A stretch of DNA of 64,000 bases from Pedobacter sp. UBA4863. GTDB taxonomy: Bacteria; Bacteroidota; Bacteroidia; Sphingobacteriales; Sphingobacteriaceae. Shown piece after piece: positions 57,582 to 64,000 of the stretch. A program made the position numbers and the translations under genes. The stretch lies in assembly GCF_002399615.1 (NCBI RefSeq), contig NZ_DHDZ01000036.1:66091-130090 (forward strand). Reading direction: 5' to 3'. Each line of letters opens with the position of its first letter. The first letter of the stretch is position 1. Under the pieces are notes generated by a model. It saw only the letters and a list, made by a program, of their open reading frames with translations, did no database searches and was not told the DNA's origin.

Positions 57582-59525
57582 TTAATTTTCTTTTTGTTTT
57601 ACCACCACCTCTTTTAAGCCACGTTTGGTAGTAATTTCTATAACACCATTTTTTGCTTTTTCGCTGTACTTTTTCACCAAAGAAAGTTCTTTCAGCACAC
57701 GAATAGATTCTATGTCTGACGGGTCGATGTCTTTTAGTTCGTCATTTTCTAAAACTTTTCCGTCCAAAACATAAAGAGGCGCTTTTTCGGGGTCGTATTC
57801 AACTCCGCTAAGAGATAATGATAAACCTTTTTTAGGTTTCAATGTTAAGGTGTTGTTTGTGGCTTTGTTTAAGGCAAATTTGATAGGGAGGTTGTATTTC
57901 ACTCGAACAGGTTTTTCTAAGTGTAATCCTGGGTTCCATCTTCTGCTTAATTTTAGCACACGTACAGCCTCTTCGTCTGTACCAAAACCTAGTTTTCTAT
58001 CCACTTTAATGTCTGATATTGAGCCATCTTTTTCTACCACAAATGATACAAATACATGACCTTGTATTTGTTGTTTAGCAGCTTCCTCTGGGTATTTAAT
58101 AGTTGCGCCTAGAAATTTATAAAATTCAGCTATACCTCCCGGATAGGTTGGGGGAGTTTCTAAAGAAACAAAACTATATATTTTATCTTCTTCATTAACT
58201 TTAGCGTAGCCCATAATGGTAATAGGGTTTAAGCCATTGTAGCCTGGTTTTACCGTGCCGGTAGCATTTTCGTTTAAAACCCGTGTGTACGATCCACTAA
58301 GCCTAAATTCAAATTTCATGCTGTACTTGCCATCGGCTAAGCCACCTTGGTTGTATTTGGTTAGTACGGCAGAAACTTCTTCATCGGCTCCATAACCCAA
58401 TTTTGGCTCAATAGTAATGTTTTTTAATAATTTGTTTTCTACTGTAAAATAGGCCACTAAATTACCTTGTACGTTACTGTTCGAAGCATTAATAGGATAT
58501 TTGATGTTGTTGCCTAAAAATTTATAGAAGGGCTCGGTGTCTGTGCTCGTTTCTATTGTTGTTTTTGGAGTTATAAATTTAACTTTGGTTTCAACGGATT
58601 TAGCTTCGGTTTTCTTTTCTTTAGGGGCTTCTAGCACTTCGGCTACTACATCTTTTATCTCTTCAATTTGTATTTTTTCTGAGGCTGCCAAAAGCTGGTT
58701 GTTCTTTTTTATTGTTGCCGATGATAACATTAATGCAGCAGCAAAAAGTGGTACGAAAATGCCATATTTTAGAATGGCCGTTTTCCTTGATCTTTCTTTG
58801 TATAACATGAAAATTCTTTTTTTGATCATCGATTTTTTAAAGAAACCATTAGTAAGTGTATTGGTGTTTACACCAAATGCTTGGTTAAGCAATAACATCG
58901 AATAAGCTTCCTTATCGCCTTGGAATTTAGCGGCGGCTTCGTCGGCCAAATATTCGTGGATGTTTTTTACCGTTTCCTTGTATAAATAGATGATGGGGTT
59001 AAACCATGTAATAATTCCGATGAGCTCAAAAAAAATGATGTCGGCCGTGTGCAATTGCTTGATATGGATATCTTCATGATGGTTTACGGTAGCTGCTTCG
59101 GGCAAATGCGGGCTTACAACTTTCTTGTTCCAAAACGAAAAAGCTAGGCCACTTTTAATGCCCTTAAATAGCTTTTTTACTTTTAGCAATTGCATTGCAA
59201 AGCGGATTAAAAAGAATGTTGCACCCGCTACATAAAGCAACGCTATAAAGGTACCCCAATGCCATTGTTGTTCAACTTCTGGCATTACAACGGTACTTAT
59301 CATTTCGTTAATTTGCCCTACCTGTACGTAAATTTGCTGACTGATTTCTTGCTTGCTGAACCAATCTATTTGCATAAACGGAATGGCAAGTGAAAAAATA
59401 CCCGAACAGATTAAATATATCCTGTTTAGCACAAAATAGGTTTCTTGGGAAAGCAAAAGCCTATAAAAGGCATAGAAAACTACCAAGTAGATATTTACCT
59501 GCAATAAATAATGCGACCAACTCAT
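57582..59525 (-). CDS. BlaR1/MecR1-type M56 peptidase fused to two TonB C-terminal domains and a TBDT plug-like domain
   Basis: HEDIH (HExxH), WFNP, HEYLAD, KKRI; two IKYP/QG repeats; C-terminal PLYVLDG…DIESIRVLK…KNGVIEITTK. Confidence 0.85.
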   Translation of the reverse strand: MSWSHYLLQVNIYLVVFYAFYRLLLSQETYFVLNRIYLICSGIFSLAIPFMQIDWFSKQEISQQIYVQVGQINEMISTVVMPEVEQQWHWGTFIALLYVAGATFFLIRFAMQLLKVKKLFKGIKSGLAFSFWNKKVVSPHLPEAATVNHHEDIHIKQLHTADIIFFELIGIITWFNPIIYLYKETVKNIHEYLADEAAAKFQGDKEAYSMLLLNQAFGVNTNTLTNGFFKKSMIKKRIFMLYKERSRKTAILKYGIFVPLFAAALMLSSATIKKNNQLLAASEKIQIEEIKDVVAEVLEAPKEKKTEAKSVETKVKFITPKTTIETSTDTEPFYKFLGNNIKYPINASNSNVQGNLVAYFTVENKLLKNITIEPKLGYGADEEVSAVLTKYNQGGLADGKYSMKFEFRLSGSYTRVLNENATGTVKPGYNGLNPITIMGYAKVNEEDKIYSFVSLETPPTYPGGIAEFYKFLGATIKYPEEAAKQQIQGHVFVSFVVEKDGSISDIKVDRKLGFGTDEEAVRVLKLSRRWNPGLHLEKPVRVKYNLPIKFALNKATNNTLTLKPKKGLSLSLSGVEYDPEKAPLYVLDGKVLENDELKDIDPSDIESIRVLKELSLVKKYSEKAKNGVIEITTKRGLKEVVVKQKEN

Positions 59526-59899
59526 TTCGGTTTGTTTTTAAATTTGTTAATCATTTTTAAGATCTCATCAACATCACTTAGGTCGAGTTTTTCTTCTTTT
59601 ACGAAGAAGGAGAACATGCTCTCTACCGAGTTTTCGAAATAGTTGCCTAGCAGTTTTTCGGTAGCATGTCTTTTGTACGCTTCCTTAGAAATTAAAGGAT
59701 GATATTTGTGCGACTTGCCAAAGGCCTCGTGACCAATAAAGCTCTTCACTTCCAAAATTCGGATGATGGTAGAAACGGTATTGTAGGCTGGTTTAGGTTC
59801 GGGCAAACAATCGATAACTTCTTTTACAAAAGCGCTCTCCAATTGCCATAAAACTTGCATTATTTGCTCTTCTGCTCTAGTTAAATCTTTAATTTCCAT
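59522..59899 (-). CDS. BlaI/MecI/CopY family repressor
   Basis: LTRAEEQIMQVLW, AYNTVSTIIRILE.K, Y.PLISKE. Confidence 0.95.
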   Translation of the reverse strand: MEIKDLTRAEEQIMQVLWQLESAFVKEVIDCLPEPKPAYNTVSTIIRILEVKSFIGHEAFGKSHKYHPLISKEAYKRHATEKLLGNYFENSVESMFSFFVKEEKLDLSDVDEILKMINKFKNKPK

Positions 59900-59942
59900 T
59901 GTAATGTTTTTAAATTTAGGCTTTGCAACGCCTTATTGTATG

Positions 59943-59981
59943 TTAGATATCTAAATCTAATATATAACTAATTATTTAGTT
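59943..59981. promoter_or_regulatory. Candidate BlaI-family operator palindromes
   Basis: TTAGATATCTAA (59943..59954) and AACTAA-ttat-TTAGTT (59966..59981) upstream of the repressor. Confidence 0.5.
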
Positions 59982-60120
59982 TTAAAAATATTTAATGATT
60001 TTTTTCAATGAGCCATAGTGCTTATCCTGATTAGGAGATACACCGATTTATTGCCAATAATCAAAATACCAATAAACAATTAACCAAAGTTTTCGCTATC
60101 ATTGGGTAAATAATCTGTAT

Positions 60121-61521
60121 ATGAAAATAGCTTTTCACGGTGCGGCAAGAAATGTAACGGGCAGTAAACATTTGCTTACGCTTAATAATGGAACTAAAAT
60201 TTTGTTAGATTGTGGCATGTTCCAAGGTATGGGGCAGGAAACAGAAGAACTGAACGAAAACTTTGGATTTAACGCATCGGAAGTTGATATTTTGGTGCTT
60301 TCTCATGCGCATATCGATCATAGCGGGCTAATTCCGCGTTTGGTGGCACAGGGCTTTAAAGGCAAAATTTACAGCACAGCAGCTACAAAAGAGCTGGCTA
60401 AAATCTTATTGTTAGATTCGGCTAAAATTCAGGCAGGCGATTTAAAGTACAAAAACAAAAAACTGGCAAAAAGAGGGCTGCCCTTAGAAAAGGCCCTGTA
60501 TGAAGACGGAGATGTGCTAACAGCAATGTCGTTTTTTGAAGTGATAGCTTATGAAAAGGAAGTAAGTATTGCCAACGGCGTTACTTTACAGTTTATAGAT
60601 GCGGGGCATATTATTGGCAGTGCTTCGGTACATCTTTGCATCAACGAAAACGGAAAAACAACTCGGTTAAGCTTTAGTGGTGATGTGGGCCAGTATGGTG
60701 ATTTGTTATTGCGGCCGCCACAGCCGTTTATGCAAGCTGATTATGTTTTGCTGGAATCTACTTATGGTGATAAATTGCACCAGGATGCACAGCCTACCGA
60801 ACAGGCTTTGCTAGATATAGTGATTAGAACTTGTGTAGAGAAGAAAGGTAAAGTAATTATTCCTGCATTTAGCGTAGGCAGAACACAAGAGATTTTGTAT
60901 GTGCTCAACAATTTAGATTTAGAAGGGCGTTTGCCAAAAGTGAACGTATATGTAGATAGCCCGCTTTCTGCAAAGGCTACGCAAATTGTAGAGAACCATG
61001 CCGAAGGGTTTAATAATGACGTTTTGGATATCATGAAAATAGATGATAATCCGTTTGATTTTAATAGACTGCATTATGTAGAAAGTGCAGAAGAATCGAT
61101 GGCACTCAATGCGCACCCAGCCCCTTGTATCATTATTTCGGCATCGGGAATGGCCGAAGCCGGCAGGGTGAAGCACCACATTAAAAATTGCATTGGCGAT
61201 GCGAAACATACTATTCTATTGGTGGGTTACTGCGAGCCTAATTCGTTAGGCGGAAGGTTAAAAAACGGAGCAAAAGAGGTGAGTATTTTTGGCGATAGAT
61301 TTACCGTTCATGCAGAAGTAGCTAGCATACAATCTATGAGCGCACATGGCGACTATAACGATTTGTTACAGTTTTTATCCTGCCAAGATGCTGCTAAGGT
61401 AAAAAAACTATTTTTGGTACACGGAGAATATGAGGTGCAATTAAATTTTAGGGAAAAACTAAATGCTGCTGGTTTTGCAAATGTAGAAATTCCAAGTAGG
61501 CACCAGTCTTTTGATTTATAA
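60121..61521 (+). CDS. MBL-fold metallo-hydrolase with beta-CASP/RNA-specificity domain
   Basis: VTGS, LDCG, LSHAHIDHSG, AGHIIGS, FSGD, ESTYG, SAHGD, LVHGE. Confidence 0.92.
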   Translation: MKIAFHGAARNVTGSKHLLTLNNGTKILLDCGMFQGMGQETEELNENFGFNASEVDILVLSHAHIDHSGLIPRLVAQGFKGKIYSTAATKELAKILLLDSAKIQAGDLKYKNKKLAKRGLPLEKALYEDGDVLTAMSFFEVIAYEKEVSIANGVTLQFIDAGHIIGSASVHLCINENGKTTRLSFSGDVGQYGDLLLRPPQPFMQADYVLLESTYGDKLHQDAQPTEQALLDIVIRTCVEKKGKVIIPAFSVGRTQEILYVLNNLDLEGRLPKVNVYVDSPLSAKATQIVENHAEGFNNDVLDIMKIDDNPFDFNRLHYVESAEESMALNAHPAPCIIISASGMAEAGRVKHHIKNCIGDAKHTILLVGYCEPNSLGGRLKNGAKEVSIFGDRFTVHAEVASIQSMSAHGDYNDLLQFLSCQDAAKVKKLFLVHGEYEVQLNFREKLNAAGFANVEIPSRHQSFDL

Positions 61522-61560
61522 TTTAAGAATTAGGGCAGTTGTTTTGTGCTAATAAATAAA

Positions 61561-61606
61561 AAACCAACTAAAACAACCTAGATTTATTGGGTGTTTTAGT
61601 TGGTTT
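61561..61606. terminator. Bidirectional terminator
   Basis: aaaccaactaaaaca…tgttttagttggttt. Confidence 0.75.
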
Positions 61607-61627
61607 AAAGTAGATTTTACTTATTTA

Positions 61628-63199
61628 TTAGTTTCTCGGAGCAACTGGTTTGGGTAGCTCTTTACGAGGGATTTTCTCTGTACGCTCTGAAGTGTGATAT
61701 ACAAATGAAGCAATGATGGTCGCTGATTTTTTTAGGTCATCTTCTACCAATCTATCGTAGGTGTCTTGGTTGGTGTGGTGCGTACGGGTATTGTAATCCA
61801 TTGGGTCTTGGATGAACTGGAAGCCAGGTAAACCTACTGCATCGTAAGCTTGGTGGTCTGTACCGCCAGTGTTATTCATGGTTACCGTTTTAGCGCCTAA
61901 ATCTGCAAATGGGTTTAACCAAGATTGAAAAATATCTTTTGCACCAGCGTTGCCTTGTAAATAAATACCACGAACAGCGCCTGTACCATTATCAAGGTTA
62001 TAATAAGCGCTTAACTTGCCATGCTCTGGCAACAGTTCCATTTTAGCAGGGTCTGCAAAGTGCTGCTTTACATAACCTCTAGAGCCGTGTAAACCTTGCT
62101 CTTCGGCATCCCAAAGTGCAATTCTAATGGTTCTTTTTGGTTTAAAATCAATAGCTTTTAGAATACGCATTACCTCAATCATTACAATAGAGCCAGCAGC
62201 GTTATCTGTAGCCCCAGTGCCCGAGTGCCACGAATCGAAGTGCCCGCCAATCATTACAATTTCTTCTTTTAGCTTTTTATCGGTACCCGGAATTTCGGCA
62301 ATTACGTTATAGCCTTTAGGATCTTGGTCGTAAAAAGTAGTTTTCACTTCTGCTTCTACTTCTACTTTTTGGCCACCACGTAACAAACGTAAAATGTGCA
62401 AGAAATCTTCGGCAGATACTTCTAGTTCTGGTGCTACGGGTTTTGCATCCATAGCGTAAGAAGCGCCATTGCTAGTAAAGAAAGTGCCGTAATTGCCCCG
62501 TGCGTAGGTTAAAATTAGGCCAACTTTTTCTTGTAACAGCATTTCGTTAATGGCAGCTCTGTTTTGACGCATACGCATCATCATTGCCATTTGGTTGTTG
62601 CCACCACGTCCACCTGGGCGTCCTTGTCTTGGTGCGGCAGGGGCAGCATCAGCCATCTCTGCTAACTTCTCATCTGTATAACGAACTACATCTGGCGTAT
62701 AAGAGTTTTTTAAAGGTTGCACCATTACCGATTCTATCACTACTATTTTGCCAGTTAACTTACCTTTGTATTTATCTAAATCGGTTACCGTATCGGCCTT
62801 AATTAATACCACTTCAGATTTGATAGGGCCGTTGGTGCCTGGGGTCCAAGCTTTCGGATAACCAATTATTGGTCTGTAAAAAGGGACTGTAGTAGCGGCA
62901 TAATACCTTTCTACAGACCAGCCCTTGCCAAAATTGCCCCAACTTTCTTGCTTTACATTTTTAAGCCCCATATCGGTTAGGTACTTCACAGCCCAATCTC
63001 TGCCGCGTTTTATGCCTGGCGAGTTTGCCAAACGAGGGCCAATTACATCGGTAATTTGAAAGGCGTGCTGCATTACTTTAGAGTTTTCCAAGCCTTCTTT
63101 TCTAATTTTTTGAACTGCATCGGCATTAACGGGTTCTTGTGCAAAGGCACTAAAAGAAAACGCCAACGCTAATGCGCCAATGGTAAATTTCTTTATCAT
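61628..63199 (-). CDS. Secreted M28-family metallopeptidase (carboxypeptidase Q-like, PA domain)
   Basis: Signal peptide; GGHFDSW, GATDNAAG, WDAEEQG, NLDNG, HHTNQDT. Confidence 0.88.
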   Translation of the reverse strand: MIKKFTIGALALAFSFSAFAQEPVNADAVQKIRKEGLENSKVMQHAFQITDVIGPRLANSPGIKRGRDWAVKYLTDMGLKNVKQESWGNFGKGWSVERYYAATTVPFYRPIIGYPKAWTPGTNGPIKSEVVLIKADTVTDLDKYKGKLTGKIVVIESVMVQPLKNSYTPDVVRYTDEKLAEMADAAPAAPRQGRPGGRGGNNQMAMMMRMRQNRAAINEMLLQEKVGLILTYARGNYGTFFTSNGASYAMDAKPVAPELEVSAEDFLHILRLLRGGQKVEVEAEVKTTFYDQDPKGYNVIAEIPGTDKKLKEEIVMIGGHFDSWHSGTGATDNAAGSIVMIEVMRILKAIDFKPKRTIRIALWDAEEQGLHGSRGYVKQHFADPAKMELLPEHGKLSAYYNLDNGTGAVRGIYLQGNAGAKDIFQSWLNPFADLGAKTVTMNNTGGTDHQAYDAVGLPGFQFIQDPMDYNTRTHHTNQDTYDRLVEDDLKKSATIIASFVYHTSERTEKIPRKELPKPVAPRN

Positions 63200-63344
63200 A
63201 AATAATTTATTTGGGTTTAATAATATTATTTGAATTTACCTTTAAAGATAAATAGTTGTAGCTATATATTCAGAATTTTACAAGCGAAACAACATAAAAA
63301 AAAGACGGTAACTAGCCGCCTTCTTTAAATGAACTAAATAGATT

Positions 63345-63998
63345 TTATTTAATGTTTCTTTTTAATAGGATAAAGTAGCCTATGATAAATAGGGCAACCG
63401 CAAAAATTAAACTTACCCAAACTTCTTGTGTAAAAATAGGCAAGTCCTCTGGTCGGGTGTTTTTGGTGCCTTTTGCTGCTCTTAATGCTAGGGCTGGGTC
63501 GCAGTAAGGAATTAAATAGGCGTATTTCCATCCTACGTTTGCGGTAATCATACCTGCTATGGTACCTATAAAGCCTATTCCCATGGGCTTTAAGAAATCT
63601 GCCCAAATTAGGCTTAATACAAATTGTATAGAAAGTATGCCCATTGATGCTAAAAATAGCTTGCCGTAAAATCTACTCAGTAAAACGACCGGACTGTAAT
63701 CGTTAAACGTATATTTTGGAATTAATACTTGTAACAAGTGCCCGCTAACATAGGTGAGCAAAGGAAAAAGCAGGACGCATATTAGCAAGAGCATTACTGC
63801 ATAAAGATATTTTGCGGCATAAATAGCAAATTTGTTTAATGGCTGCGAGAATAAGGTTTTCCATGTATCGTTCTTATGTTCGATATTGTTTACCGAAAAA
63901 GCCATAAACATAACGTAGAAAGGCAAAATTAGCATGCCCATTACATTAAGCGAAGCACTGCTGTACCGATACCAAAGCATCATACCGGCATAGTTGTA
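63345..63998 (-). CDS. ABC-2 type permease (antimicrobial peptide immunity/export-like), 5'-truncated by window edge
   Basis: Frame is open to the edge (YNYAGMML…); EHKNDTWKTLF.QP…KY motif; about five TM segments visible. Confidence 0.75.
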   Translation of the reverse strand, partial: YNYAGMMLWYRYSSASLNVMGMLILPFYVMFMAFSVNNIEHKNDTWKTLFSQPLNKFAIYAAKYLYAVMLLLICVLLFPLLTYVSGHLLQVLIPKYTFNDYSPVVLLSRFYGKLFLASMGILSIQFVLSLIWADFLKPMGIGFIGTIAGMITANVGWKYAYLIPYCDPALALRAAKGTKNTRPEDLPIFTQEVWVSLIFAVALFIIGYFILLKRNIK

Positions 63999-64000
63999 TT

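Noticed and set aside
206-63606. Numerous 60-165 aa ORFs antisense to or overlapping recognised genes (e.g. 206..496, 4409..4882, 17556..18044, 18284..18781, 31050..31403, 33635..34000, 58537..58905)
   Set aside because: They lie opposite or within well-supported CDSs and show no recognisable motifs; most likely shadow ORFs.
1-64000. CRISPR arrays, tRNA, rRNA, transposases, prophage genes
   Set aside because: No regularly spaced repeat-spacer units, cloverleafs, rRNA-like stretches or DDE/integrase/phage motifs recognised.

Overview
AT-rich Bacteroidota chromosomal window. Gene content, TAnnTTTG (-7) promoters and T9SS genes point to Sphingobacteriaceae, probably Pedobacter-like (inference). 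Most of it is housekeeping: metK with an upstream SAM-II-type riboswitch, pckA, an exbB-exbD-exbD-tonB-pstS-like-TPR cluster, a complete nuoA-N operon, ppa, rsmE, gldJ/porV/ispF and typA. I found no rRNA, tRNA, CRISPR array or transposase. The most unusual element is a ~1 kb island between the TPR gene and nuoA. It encodes a double-glycine-leader precursor peptide with a six-Cys knottin-like core. Divergent from it is an XRE-type HTH regulator that carries the same double-glycine leader (REQLKKxxGG) at its own N-terminus. Other accessory features are: (1) a six-gene cluster of three amide ligases, a glutamine amidotransferase and two esterases; (2) a four-helix-bundle (Avd-like) gene inside the nuo operon flanked by inverted heptamer arrays, plus similar gene-less arrays, one of which encodes a signal peptide; (3) a BlaI/M56-TonB operon with about six TonB C-terminal domains, some on apparently soluble proteins; (4) two tandem T9SS beta-helix cargo genes sharing an identical 184-bp C-terminal block. 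All family assignments come from motif recognition, not from database searches.
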